From positions 1 to 64,000 of the forward strand of contig JBGSMD010000012.1 of the NCBI GenBank assembly GCA_041740355.1: a stretch of 64,000 nucleotides of DNA, written 5' to 3'. The first letter of the stretch is position 1. Each line of letters begins with the position of its first letter. The position numbers and the translations under genes were made by a program. Source of the stretch: Bdellovibrionota bacterium. Lineage in GTDB: Bacteria; Bdellovibrionota_C; UBA2361; CALJRW01. This document shows, one piece after another, positions 28,664 through 38,645 of the stretch. The notes under the pieces were generated by a model. The model was given only the letters and a program-made list of their open reading frames with translations. It had not been told where the DNA came from and did no database searches.

Positions 28664-29797
28664 TTAAGAGAAAATGTTCTTAAACTTATCAAACAAGCCT
28701 TCCGGCTCATCATTTACCTTTAATTTGAATTCTTCTTCTTCAATCTTTTGTAATTCTTCAATTAATTTTAAATGCTTATCTGAAATCTTCTTAGGAATAT
28801 GGACATCAACTTTAACATGTTGATCGCCTCGGCGAGTCGTTCCTAAAATCTGAATCCCTTTATTGCGCAATCTAAAGACTTTTCCTGATTTAGTTCCCGC
28901 TGGAATTTTTAACTTAATTTTTCCTTCGATTGTTGGTACTTCAATTTCACCACCCATCACAGCCATGGTATAAGCGATTGGCATTTCGCAAACAATATCA
29001 GATTCATGTCGTTGAAAATATTTATGCGCCTTGATTCCGATCACTACATAAAGATCACCCGCTGGTCCACCTTGTAAACCAGACTCGCCTTCCCCTCTTA
29101 ATTTTAATCTTTGACTTTCATCTATTCCAGCTGGAATGTTTACTTTTAACTTACTAGAGATTGGTTCTAATGCGGCGCCACGACAGACATGGCAAGGTTT
29201 TTCAATTACCTGACCACGGCCTTGGCAAGTTGGACACGGACGACTCACCGCAAAAAACCCTTGTTGCATGCGAATTTGACCAGCCCCATGACAATCTGTA
29301 CAAGTCTTAGCATTACTACCTTTTGCTGCTCCAGTACCTGTGCACTCCCGACAAGTTCTTCTACGACGAACTTCAATTTCTTTTTCTGCCCCAAAAGCAG
29401 CTTCTTCGAAAGTGATTTCTAAATCATAACGGAGATCTGCCCCTGGTTGACCAGTTGATTGCCGACCTCCTCCGGAACCACCGAAGAAAGAACTAAAGAT
29501 ATCTCCAAAAACATCTTCAAATCCTTGAAAATTGTTAAAATCAAATCCACCAGCTCCACCTTGAAATGCAGCATGACCGAATTGATCATACTTGGAGCGT
29601 TTATCCTGATCACTTAGAACAGAATAAGCTTCGCTTGCTTCTTTGAACTTTGTTTCAGCTTCCTTATTATCAGGATTCTTATCGGGGTGATACTGCATCG
29701 CTAACTTGCGATAGGCTTTTTTTATATCAGCATCGCTAGCTGATTTTCCAACACCTAAAATTTCGTAATAATCTTTCTTCGACAACGTACTACTCAA
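28664..29797 (-). CDS. dnaJ: chaperone DnaJ
   Basis: J domain HPD, G/F-rich region and CxxCxGxG repeats. Confidence 0.97.
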   Translation of the reverse strand: MSSTLSKKDYYEILGVGKSASDADIKKAYRKLAMQYHPDKNPDNKEAETKFKEASEAYSVLSDQDKRSKYDQFGHAAFQGGAGGFDFNNFQGFEDVFGDIFSSFFGGSGGGRQSTGQPGADLRYDLEITFEEAAFGAEKEIEVRRRRTCRECTGTGAAKGSNAKTCTDCHGAGQIRMQQGFFAVSRPCPTCQGRGQVIEKPCHVCRGAALEPISSKLKVNIPAGIDESQRLKLRGEGESGLQGGPAGDLYVVIGIKAHKYFQRHESDIVCEMPIAYTMAVMGGEIEVPTIEGKIKLKIPAGTKSGKVFRLRNKGIQILGTTRRGDQHVKVDVHIPKKISDKHLKLIEELQKIEEEEFKLKVNDEPEGLFDKFKNIFS

Positions 29798-29815
29798 AAT
29801 TCAAACCTAAAAATG

Positions 29816-29845
29816 AAAAAGGCAGATTCTAAGATCTGCCTTTTT
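29816..29845 (-). terminator. intrinsic terminator between dnaK and dnaJ
   Basis: AAAAAGGCAGAT-TCTAAG-ATCTGCCTTTTT. Confidence 0.8.
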
Positions 29846-29862
29846 CTTTGAATGCTTATTGC

Positions 29863-31779
29863 TTATTTGACTTCCTCAAAGTCTGCATCAACAACATCCT
29901 CGCCGTCTTTTGCTTGCGCCTTAGTTTCAGTTGAGGCTTGTTCTGCAGTGCCAGACTTTTCTGCTTGTTCGGCAGATGCACGTTTGTACATTTCTTCGGA
30001 AAGCTTATGGCTTGCCGCAATCAATTTTTGAGTTGCTGCGTCAATTTTTTCTTTGTCTTTTGCTTCCAAGGCAAGCTTAGACTCCGCCATCGCATCTTCA
30101 ACATTCTTCTTCTCCTCAGCACTTAATTTATCACCAATGTCCTTAAGTGATGTTTCTGAAGAGTAAATTAAATTCTCAAGTTGATTCACAGCTTCAGCAA
30201 GAGCTTTCTTTTGCTTATCTTCTTCCGCGTGCTCTTCGGCATCTTTAACCATTTGATTAATTTCAGCATCAGATAATCCACTACTTGCCGTAATCTTGAT
30301 TGATTGTTCTTTGTTAGTAGCTTTATCTTTCGCTGAAACATGAACGATACCATTACTATCGATATCAAAAGTCACTTCAATCTGTGGAACACCTTTAGGC
30401 GCAGTTGGAATACCAACTAAGTCAAAACGACCAAGTGTTTTATTATCAGTAGCCATTTCACGCTCACCTTGTAATACGTGAATTGAAACTGCTGGCTGGT
30501 TATCACTAGCCGTAGAGAATACTTCTGATTTTCTTGTCGGGATAGTTGTATTACGCTCGATTAACTTCGTGAATACACCTCCAAGAGTTTCGATACCTAA
30601 GCTAAGTGGTGTAACATCTAATAAAAGAACATCCTTCACTTCGCCTTGCAACACACCACCTTGAACTGCAGCACCAATTGCTACTGCTTCATCAGGATTA
30701 ACACCTTTAGATGGTTCTTTACCGAAGATTTCTTTAACTTTCTGTTGAACGATCGGCATTCTAGTCATACCACCAACTAAGATAACTTCTGAAATCTCAG
30801 AAGCTTTTAGCCCCGCTTCTTTGATAGCTTCTAAACATGGTCCAGAAAGACGATCAATTAAGTCAGCGCAAAGCTGCTCTAATTTAGAGCGAGTCAATTT
30901 AATGTTTAAGTGCTTTGGTCCACTAGCATCAGCAGTGATGTAAGGTATGTTGATATCTGTCTCCACTGATGAAGACAAGGCATGCTTAGCTTTCTCCGCA
31001 GCTTCTTTTAAACGTTGTAATGCTGGGATATCTTTTCTTAGATCAAACCCTTGATCCTTCTTAAATTCATCAGCTAGATACTCAACAATTCGGATATCAA
31101 AATCTTCACCACCTAAGAATGTGTCCCCGCTTGTAGATTTAACTTCGAATACCCCTTCACCTAAATCCAAAATTGAAACGTCAAATGTACCACCCCCTAA
31201 GTCAAAAACTGCAATCGTGCGATCCCCAGTTTTATCTAAACCGTAGGCTAGTGCGGCCGCAGTTGGCTCGTTTATAATTCTTTGAACATTTAAGCCGGCA
31301 ATCTTTCCCGCATCTTTAGTTGCTTGACGCTGAGCATCGTTGAAATAAGCAGGAACAGTAATTACAGCATCAGTCACTTCTTGACCTAAATAATCTTCCG
31401 CCGCCTGTTTTAAGTTAGCTAAGATCATTGCAGAAATTTCTTGGGGACTTTTCTTTTCGCCTTTCAGTTCAACCCAAGCAGCATTAGTATCAGAACTGAC
31501 AATTTTATAAGGTAATACTTTTTGAGCCTTCTGAACTTCAGGAGCATCAAAATTTCTTCCAATTAAACGCTTCACAGCAAAAATTGTATCGGTTGGATTT
31601 GTTACAGCTTGACGCTTAGCAATCTGACCAACAAGACGCGCACCAGTGTTATCAACAGCCACGATTGAGGGCGTAGTACGGTTACCTTCACTATTGGCAA
31701 TCACGACAGGAGTAGATCCCTCCATTACCGCAACGCAAGAGTTAGTTGTTCCTAAGTCTATGCCTATTGTTTTTCCCAT
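29863..31779 (-). CDS. dnaK: chaperone DnaK
   Basis: [19 protein letters not shown] and C-terminal DADFEEV. Confidence 0.98.
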   Translation of the reverse strand: MGKTIGIDLGTTNSCVAVMEGSTPVVIANSEGNRTTPSIVAVDNTGARLVGQIAKRQAVTNPTDTIFAVKRLIGRNFDAPEVQKAQKVLPYKIVSSDTNAAWVELKGEKKSPQEISAMILANLKQAAEDYLGQEVTDAVITVPAYFNDAQRQATKDAGKIAGLNVQRIINEPTAAALAYGLDKTGDRTIAVFDLGGGTFDVSILDLGEGVFEVKSTSGDTFLGGEDFDIRIVEYLADEFKKDQGFDLRKDIPALQRLKEAAEKAKHALSSSVETDINIPYITADASGPKHLNIKLTRSKLEQLCADLIDRLSGPCLEAIKEAGLKASEISEVILVGGMTRMPIVQQKVKEIFGKEPSKGVNPDEAVAIGAAVQGGVLQGEVKDVLLLDVTPLSLGIETLGGVFTKLIERNTTIPTRKSEVFSTASDNQPAVSIHVLQGEREMATDNKTLGRFDLVGIPTAPKGVPQIEVTFDIDSNGIVHVSAKDKATNKEQSIKITASSGLSDAEINQMVKDAEEHAEEDKQKKALAEAVNQLENLIYSSETSLKDIGDKLSAEEKKNVEDAMAESKLALEAKDKEKIDAATQKLIAASHKLSEEMYKRASAEQAEKSGTAEQASTETKAQAKDGEDVVDADFEEVK

Positions 31780-31949
31780 TATAATATCTCCAAATTCATC
31801 AAAAAAATCTTTGTCCCCATCTATTAAGCACTCTTCAATGCTTTTTCAAGGATTGGCTAATGCTTTTATCCGTTTTTAGTAGCAAAAAAAACGAAAATCG
31901 TCTCCCACTATGGAATTGAAGTACAAGCTATGTCTTTGTGCTCACAGAA

Positions 31950-32537
31950 CTATTCCGCCTCTTTGCTTACTATTACCTGCCCAGGCCGAATTAACTTATC
32001 TTTATAGCTGTAAGACTTTTTAATTTCCTGAATAACAGTATTTGGAGCTGTAGTCAGATCTGGCACAAGCGATAAGGCCTCTTGAACTTGGGGATTAAAT
32101 TGCTGTCCAATTGTTTCATTAGGGATTACACCCCACTTAGTAAGGATTTCATTAAACTTTTTATGAATTAAACTTAGTCCTGTTTGTAAATCCTCTAAGC
32201 TAGTTTCCTTTTGGGCAATTGCTAGGTCTAAATTATCCATGACTTCTAGCAAATCTATAATGACTCGCTCTCCCTGATATTTAAGTAGATCGCTACGCTC
32301 TTTGGTAGCGCGCTTTTTAAAATTCTCTAAATCAGCCAAGGATCGTAAGTAATTTTGCTGTGCCTCAACTAATTGCCCCTTAACTTGTCCTAATAAAAAT
32401 TCCGGACTATCTAGTTGACTTAAATCGACTTCTCGCTCAGCAAACTCTCGATCCTGATCGTCCTGCAACTCACTTGCAATTTTTTCTTTTTTAAAACTCT
32501 GGTTTTCCAGATTCTCTGGAGTATTGTTATCATTCAT
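31950..32537 (-). CDS. grpE: nucleotide exchange factor GrpE
   Basis: YLRSLADLENFKKR and LIRPGQVIV; upstream of dnaK. Confidence 0.95.
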   Translation of the reverse strand: MNDNNTPENLENQSFKKEKIASELQDDQDREFAEREVDLSQLDSPEFLLGQVKGQLVEAQQNYLRSLADLENFKKRATKERSDLLKYQGERVIIDLLEVMDNLDLAIAQKETSLEDLQTGLSLIHKKFNEILTKWGVIPNETIGQQFNPQVQEALSLVPDLTTAPNTVIQEIKKSYSYKDKLIRPGQVIVSKEAE

Positions 32538-32677
32538 TGTAGGTTGTATTTAAAGACCCTATCTTTCTAACACGAGGGCTAATTGAAGCAATTCAGCTTG
32601 TAATTGAACGTAAGATATCTAACGTCATATTTAATATAGTAACTTTTTTTAATTTTTCAAGCTAAGTGGGTGGTAAA

Positions 32678-32819
32678 TAAACCCAAAGTAACTTATTTTT
32701 AAAAAAATGAGTTACTTTGGGCGAGCAAAATAATGGCTTTGCCATTTTTTGCCGTAGAAAATAACACCAAACCCTCATATATTATATGATATTTCCAAAA
32801 ATGATAAGCGGAGGGTTTA
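32678..32819. repeat. family-2 hairpin repeat, copy 2 (overlaps the recO start)
   Basis: TA-AACCC...GGGTT-TA ends; homologous to the reverse complement of 3640-3785. Confidence 0.8.
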
Positions 32820-33418
32820 ATCAAGAAACCGAAGGAATTATCCTTAAAATCCATCAAACTACTAATAACGCCTTAATTCTTAAGGTGATTACGGCAGACT
32901 ATTCACTTCTTACAGTCTATGCGCCTTATGCCAAAAATAGCAAAAAGCGTTATGGCCAACTAGATCTCTTTGACTGGGGACTTTTCACAATTAAAGAAAA
33001 CCAACTAGGACTCTATGGTCTTCATGAATTTTCTGCCAAGTCTTCATTTCCTGGAGTAAGAAACTCTCTAGATAAAATCATTGTGGTTAGTTGTGTTGCC
33101 GAGATCTTGGAACAGATTATTCCTGAAAATGACCCAAGTTCCCTTCCAAGTTTTATCACAGTAAAAGATTATCTACTCTCCTTAGAAAGACTGACTGAAC
33201 TAACCGAGATTTTAAAGTTAACACACCTTTGTCTGCTAGAATTACTAGTTGATGCTGGGATTGTTGAACGAGAAGAATTAGCTACTCCAAATGGCAAAAA
33301 TCTAATTAGAATGATCATGGAAACTGAGCGATACTTAGGAAAGCAACTCAAACTTAAGTTCGAAATAGAAAAACTTATTCAGGAATTAAAACGAAGTCAA
33401 GGTTCAGATTTAACTTAG
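32786..33418 (+). CDS. recO: DNA repair protein RecO (divergent)
   Basis: N-terminal OB-fold pattern TEGIILK...ILKVIT...AKNSKKRYGQLDLF. The first 11 codons derive from the repeat. Confidence 0.75.
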   Translation: MIFPKMISGGFNQETEGIILKIHQTTNNALILKVITADYSLLTVYAPYAKNSKKRYGQLDLFDWGLFTIKENQLGLYGLHEFSAKSSFPGVRNSLDKIIVVSCVAEILEQIIPENDPSSLPSFITVKDYLLSLERLTELTEILKLTHLCLLELLVDAGIVEREELATPNGKNLIRMIMETERYLGKQLKLKFEIEKLIQELKRSQGSDLT

Positions 33419-33474
33419 CTTTTTTCTCAAAATATGGTCTAAAGTCCCAAGGAAAATCAAACGAATAAACAAAT

Positions 33475-33900
33475 ATGAAAATTCAAAAGCTAATCACTCC
33501 AGTAATTATAATAATGATTATTGCTGCAATTGTTAAAATTTTTTTATTACCTGCCACCAGCAAGAAACCACAATTGTCTGAGATTAAGGATCAAGTTTAT
33601 ACTTTAATGTCAGATCTATACTGCGAAGGAAAAGAAGTTGAGATCGATTTAAAGAAAGCAGAGATAGATGAGTACACCGAAGGCCACCCAAAAATGGAGA
33701 TAAAAGGTTGGCCAGTAAGAATTAGTGCCGAAGTGATTTGTGATCAGGGAGATAGTAAATACACCGAAAAATTTTCTCTAGATAATCCAGCATTTTTTGT
33801 CAGAGCAACAGCCTTCGGATACAAAGTTTTTTTACCGGAAAAATTTCTAGAATTTAAAGATCAGCTAGCAGAGGAAATGAAGAGTGCTCTAGACAAATAG
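33475..33900 (+). CDS. hypothetical protein with N-terminal membrane anchor
   Basis: 141 aa with a hydrophobic N-terminus and two Cys. Confidence 0.7.
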   Translation: MKIQKLITPVIIIMIIAAIVKIFLLPATSKKPQLSEIKDQVYTLMSDLYCEGKEVEIDLKKAEIDEYTEGHPKMEIKGWPVRISAEVICDQGDSKYTEKFSLDNPAFFVRATAFGYKVFLPEKFLEFKDQLAEEMKSALDK

Positions 33901-33906
33901 ATTCCT

Positions 33907-34188
33907 TTAGTGACATTTGCATCCAGTATTACATTTTGCAGGAGCGACTTCCGGAGTTTCAGAAGCTTTATCTTGCGCCGAAGTCGAACCATTGGTGGTA
34001 GACTTAGTGCTAGATCCATAATCAGATTTGTACCAACCAGCACCTTTCAAATGAAAAGCAGAAGCCGAAACTATTTTCTGAGGATTAGAACTCTGACATG
34101 TGGGACATTTAGCTAGTGGCTGATCATTGAACTTTTGAATTGTTTCAAAAATACCACATTTTTCACACTGATATTCATAAATTGGCAT
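33907..34188 (-). CDS. FmdB-family zinc ribbon protein
   Basis: MPIYEYQCEKCG...CPTC...FHLKGAGWY. Confidence 0.92.
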   Translation of the reverse strand: MPIYEYQCEKCGIFETIQKFNDQPLAKCPTCQSSNPQKIVSASAFHLKGAGWYKSDYGSSTKSTTNGSTSAQDKASETPEVAPAKCNTGCKCH

Positions 34189-34197
34189 AATTACTCC

Positions 34198-34542
34198 CTA
34201 CTCTTCACTACTAGAATGTACTTGGTTATAAGCATTTCCTCTTTTAATTTCAACGCTATATTCAAGAAGTGATTGAACTAAAAACGACTGTAAAAATACT
34301 ACTACCACCACGATTAAAATTGGTGTGAGGTCCATTCCACCCTGTACTAACCAGGGTAGTCTCCTTCGAAGCCAATATAATATCGGATCTGTCGCATTAC
34401 TCAAGAAGCGAACAATTGGGTTATAGGGATCAATATTAATCCATGAAATAATAGCCCGAGCTAACACTAACAAGAGTACAATATCGAGTAGAATCTTGAT
34501 TACCCCAGCTAAGCCCGAGATAAAATTTGCAAGTAAAATCAT
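34198..34542 (-). CDS. yggT: YggT family membrane protein
   Basis: ISWINIDPYNPIVRFL...TDPIL...DLTPI. Confidence 0.92.
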   Translation of the reverse strand: MILLANFISGLAGVIKILLDIVLLLVLARAIISWINIDPYNPIVRFLSNATDPILYWLRRRLPWLVQGGMDLTPILIVVVVVFLQSFLVQSLLEYSVEIKRGNAYNQVHSSSEE

Positions 34543-34766
34543 TAACCTTCCTTAAACCAAAAAATTAGTAGCATAAAGCTCTAAGCTAAAAAGCCTTTAG
34601 TCGAGATAAGCAATTAGAGTTTGAGTGGAGCTTGATTGAAAAAGTGGTAAAACAGCATCTGTAAATTGTTCTTCCCTTTTGCAATGCGTTGTCGCAATTG
34701 TAAACCCTAATTTAATAGATTGCAAAAAAGAGACTAATACCGCGAGTATTTTACTAATTTGTTCTT

Positions 34767-35477
34767 TTAAGATCCGTCCAAGGCTAAACGCTTACCAAAA
34801 ATATCTGTCCCAACCCGAACTAAATCTGCTCCAGCTTGAACTGCCAATTGATAATCACTCGACATACCCATGCTCAAGCCTAGGCTTAAGACTCCAAACT
34901 TCAATCCGATATTATCTCGGAGCCGAACCATTTGTTCAAAATCCGGTAGCACATCAAGTATCTTAGAATAATATTTAGTTATAGTCATTAATCCTAAAAT
35001 TTCAACATTAGGTAAGTCTTTAATTACTGGGAATATCGCTAGTAGTTCCTCTGCCGCAAAACCAGATTTTTTTAGATCTTCCGAAATATTGACTTGTAAA
35101 TATATCTGTTGAACCTTGTTGATCTTAGTAGCTTCCTTTGAAATCTGCTCGGCAATTTTTAAGGAACTTACACTTTGAATCACAGCGAAGAGGCTGACCG
35201 CTTTTTTAATTTTATTACTCTGCAAGGGTCCAATTAAATGAGCTTTAAAATCACCCTTTAAAAGTTTTTCTTTCTCAGCAAATTCTTGCACATAATTTTC
35301 TCCGATCATAATTCCTGGGAACTGATCAATTAACATTTGGACAATCTCGGGAGGTTGTTTTTTAGAAACTGCTAACAAACCTATTTTGCTGGCATCACGG
35401 TTATGTCGCAGGGCAACTTGTTTTATTTGTTCAGTCACAAAATAATAGTTTTGAAGCACCTCCGGCCTAATTGACAT
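34767..35477 (-). CDS. yggS: PLP homeostasis protein YggS
   Basis: AVSKK, GENYVQE, HLIGPLQSNK, SMGMS and VRVGT motifs. Confidence 0.95.
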   Translation of the reverse strand: MSIRPEVLQNYYFVTEQIKQVALRHNRDASKIGLLAVSKKQPPEIVQMLIDQFPGIMIGENYVQEFAEKEKLLKGDFKAHLIGPLQSNKIKKAVSLFAVIQSVSSLKIAEQISKEATKINKVQQIYLQVNISEDLKKSGFAAEELLAIFPVIKDLPNVEILGLMTITKYYSKILDVLPDFEQMVRLRDNIGLKFGVLSLGLSMGMSSDYQLAVQAGADLVRVGTDIFGKRLALDGS

Positions 35478-36495
35478 TACTTAGTTGTTGATAAATCCGT
35501 TGATAGCCCGCGACAGCTTGCTCAATTTCTGAAATTAGAATGAATTCGTGATCGCTGTGCGCGCGAAGGATCGTGCCAGGACCATACAGGTACCCTTTCG
35601 CTCCAATTTTTAATAGATTGGGTAAGTCTGTGAAGTATGCTGCGATTGTAGATTCAAAGCCAGGTAATAAATTTAATGTAATCGGATCCTCAACATTTTG
35701 AAACTTCAATTCTCCTTGACTACCAACCAAATCAATAATTTGTTGCTTTACCTTCTCGGCCGAAGTTACAACACGGACCAAGGCATCAAGTTCCGCGCGA
35801 TCTGCAGTAATGTTCGCCGCTGTTCCTCCTAGAATAAGTCCAAGGTTAATTGTGCCTTTCCCAAGCTTGTCATCACTTCCCAAATCAAGTTGATATAATT
35901 TTTCAGCAATAGCAATCAAGGCACGATTTGCATCTATTCCCATTTCTGGATAACCAGAATGAGCATTGCGACCAGTGCAAGTTAATTTAAAAGAAACGAT
36001 CCCTTTATGTCCCGATGCCAACTTCCCTTCTGTTGGCTCACCATTTACTATGTGCTTAATACCTCGGCCCCCTAAGAGTTTACCAGCTAATCTCGAGCCA
36101 TCAGAGCTAGCCTCTTCTTCAAAAACTATTAGTAAGCCAAAATTACTTTGCCCGCTTATTTCTAAGGCGCGACAGGCCGCAATCATGCTCACTAAAATTC
36201 CTTTGGCGTCATTTGATCCCCGACCATAAATCTTATCAGCAATAATTTTTGCCTCAAATTGCTCAGGTTTGGCAGGAACTACATCAACATGTGTAGTAAA
36301 AACAACCTCGGGCACTCCGAAAGAAACCAGAATCAAATAATTCTGATCATTTTTAGGATTGGGTATAATTTCAATAGGCCAATTAAAGCTTTGAAATAAA
36401 CTTACTAAATAATCTAAGGCTTTCTTCTCCTTACCAGACAAACTAGGAATTGCAATTAACTCTTGAAGCAATTTGGTAGTCTCGCTAAGATTCAT
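35467..36495 (-). CDS. M20 family metallohydrolase (ArgE/DapE-like)
   Basis: THVDVVP, GRGSNDAKG, EEE, GEPT, AHS and AHSDHE motifs. Confidence 0.9.
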   Translation of the reverse strand: MNLSETTKLLQELIAIPSLSGKEKKALDYLVSLFQSFNWPIEIIPNPKNDQNYLILVSFGVPEVVFTTHVDVVPAKPEQFEAKIIADKIYGRGSNDAKGILVSMIAACRALEISGQSNFGLLIVFEEEASSDGSRLAGKLLGGRGIKHIVNGEPTEGKLASGHKGIVSFKLTCTGRNAHSGYPEMGIDANRALIAIAEKLYQLDLGSDDKLGKGTINLGLILGGTAANITADRAELDALVRVVTSAEKVKQQIIDLVGSQGELKFQNVEDPITLNLLPGFESTIAAYFTDLPNLLKIGAKGYLYGPGTILRAHSDHEFILISEIEQAVAGYQRIYQQLSNVN

Positions 36496-37066
36496 TGCAG
36501 AAGATTTTATCTAAATCAATTTTTAAGCTTGCAATATCCAATCCAATCACATTAGTGTGTGAACCATCAACTCTTCTAATAAACTTGGAGGCAATCCCTT
36601 GGAGCGCATATGCTCCTGCTTTATCCATCGGCTCTCCCGTAGCAACATATTCTACAATATCTTTCTGTGAAATAAGATTAAATTCGACTTCGGTAATTTT
36701 TGTTTTTTGAATTAAAAAATTATCAGCTTCGCGAACAACCGCATAGCTACTAATTACTTGATGCACTTGTCCTGATAACAAGCTTAGGATCCGTTCAGCA
36801 TCTTCGCTGTTTTCTGGTTTATTTAAAATCTGATTATTTAAAACGACAATGGTATCTGCTCCAATCACATAAGTATTTAAATTTGTTTTAGCTATTTTAC
36901 GTGCTTTTTCTAGGGCTAATCTAGTGACATACTCCAGAGGTCTTTCATTGCTTAAGAGGTTCTCGTCAATGTCTGCAGGTTGAACAATAAATGGATACGC
37001 TAAGAGATTAAGTAAGTCCTGTCTACGAGGGGAAGCTGATGCTAAAATTAAATTGCTTGCTGACAT
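36485..37066 (-). CDS. maf: Maf nucleoside triphosphate pyrophosphatase (YhdE type)
   Basis: ILASASPRR, GADT and DKAGAYALQG motifs. Confidence 0.93.
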   Translation of the reverse strand: MSASNLILASASPRRQDLLNLLAYPFIVQPADIDENLLSNERPLEYVTRLALEKARKIAKTNLNTYVIGADTIVVLNNQILNKPENSEDAERILSLLSGQVHQVISSYAVVREADNFLIQKTKITEVEFNLISQKDIVEYVATGEPMDKAGAYALQGIASKFIRRVDGSHTNVIGLDIASLKIDLDKIFCNES

Positions 37067-37290
37067 CTAAAAATGATAGCACTTAAAACCATAATTGAGA
37101 AACAATTAACTAAAATAATATTTAATTTCTGAATCGAGAAAGTTTTTCATATTTAATAATATCAAATACTTAGGAAGAATATCATAGTCAAGAGTTAGAA
37201 GTTAAGAAGTTTAGTAGGTCTGTATCTTTGAATGTTAATTCGATATAGTCAGATTCTAAAAAATATTTACGCTAATCAAATTATTTCCCG

Positions 37291-38148
37291 ATGATCAATT
37301 TAAATTTCTTCAAAAAAACATCTTACAGCTTAGCTTTTCTAACTATTCTTCTAACCCATAGCTTGCTATATGCCTGTCCTCTAATTAGAGATAAATTCAT
37401 TGATTACAACTGTGACCAAACATTTAAGATTACAGCTTTAGGCGACAGTATCGTTCGTGGTCGTGGTGATTCGGCAAATGGCGATCAGGGGGGCTACGTT
37501 AGGCGACTAGAAAGAATCGCTACCGTTAGCAACTTGGGAGAAAATGGTCAAACCACCAGGGGATTACTCCTTTCATTAAAACGTGGTGGCAAAGCAATCA
37601 ATCGTGGACTAAAAGATGCTGATATTATTATCGTGGATGTTGGACGAAATGATTATTTCGATTACTTAGCAGAAGAAATGACCTTGGAGCAAATTGTTCG
37701 TAACATTAAACGGATCGGTAATTTGGCCGCGAAGAAAGCAGCGAACGGCGACTCAACTAAAGCGCCATTTGTTCTGACAGGTCCACTAATTAGAGTAAAC
37801 CGTACTGACCAAAATATTTATATTGGTGAATTGAATGCAGTAATAAGAAGATTTCAAGCTAGAGGTTTGCCAGCTTACCTTGAGTTCGATGAACATTTTA
37901 GTAAATCAAATTTAAATGCTGACAATCTCCACCCTACTTCTATCGGTTATGTTGAAATTTTTGACTATGTCAAAAAGTTTATCCGGCGTGACCTGCAAGC
38001 TCTTTTAAAAGCTAACCGGCCGGATGCTGATGCTGACGGAATTTACGATCTATTTGAACCTATTTATGGAATGGATCCAACTAATCCTGATACAGATAAT
38101 GATGGAACACTTGATGGTGAAGAAGTTTTTCCAACGGAAGTATCTTAG
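37291..38148 (+). CDS. secreted SGNH/GDSL hydrolase with C-terminal Ca-binding DxDxDG repeats
   Basis: ALGDSI, GRND, DNLHP; tail DADADGIYD...DTDNDGTLDGEE. Confidence 0.85.
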   Translation: MINLNFFKKTSYSLAFLTILLTHSLLYACPLIRDKFIDYNCDQTFKITALGDSIVRGRGDSANGDQGGYVRRLERIATVSNLGENGQTTRGLLLSLKRGGKAINRGLKDADIIIVDVGRNDYFDYLAEEMTLEQIVRNIKRIGNLAAKKAANGDSTKAPFVLTGPLIRVNRTDQNIYIGELNAVIRRFQARGLPAYLEFDEHFSKSNLNADNLHPTSIGYVEIFDYVKKFIRRDLQALLKANRPDADADGIYDLFEPIYGMDPTNPDTDNDGTLDGEEVFPTEVS

Positions 38149-38240
38149 CCTTTTCCGAATAATTGATCAGGCTGAAGTCCGATAGATTAGGAAGTTTTTT
38201 TAAAAAATTTTATTTATGTCCGATAGAGCAGAAATGCGGG

Positions 38241-38642
38241 CTAGGACTTACTATCGTAAAGGTGCAACAAAACTTCAATTAAAAGTAAATCGAATTCGGC
38301 ATTTTCAAACTTGTATTCTTGTCCCTGGTGAGTAATTACTGCTATCCAATCACGTTGCTCAAGATATTCAACTGAAACTATCTCCGCTTCTTTTAAGCTA
38401 ATCTCGTTTAGCAATGTAAATTGATCCGGAATTACAAAAAAGAATTTTTGATGAACGGGTTGCCATTCACTTGTTTGACCCGTAAGCAGCGATACCGTCT
38501 TATTAGTATTTAAGAAATAAAACTCTTCATAGCCATAATCAGCAAATCCCCGCCCCAAACGAACACCTGGCTCAATTACAAATTCACAACCTAAGTTTTT
38601 AAGTTGCTGGCATTTTTCTAAAAATGAATTTTGATTAATCAA
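38241..38642 (-). CDS. hypothetical protein
   Basis: 133-aa ORF starting just downstream of guaB. Confidence 0.7.
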   Translation of the reverse strand: MINQNSFLEKCQQLKNLGCEFVIEPGVRLGRGFADYGYEEFYFLNTNKTVSLLTGQTSEWQPVHQKFFFVIPDQFTLLNEISLKEAEIVSVEYLEQRDWIAVITHQGQEYKFENAEFDLLLIEVLLHLYDSKS

Positions 38643-38645
38643 GCT

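Noticed and set aside
31820-32585. Possible CIRCE/HrcA operators upstream of dnaK (GAGTGCTTA) and grpE (TTAGCCCTC)
   Set aside because: Only half-sites; the partner arm at 9-nt spacing is absent.
34560-34966. Open frames between yggS and yggT, where proC often sits
   Set aside because: The minus-strand frame has no start codon or ProC similarity, and the plus-strand 95-aa ORF is antisense to yggS.
38177-38228. GTCCGATAGA direct repeat resembling a sigma-28 -10 box (a similar weak site precedes rpoN at 49573-49600)
   Set aside because: It points into convergent gene ends with no downstream gene, and the match is too short to support.
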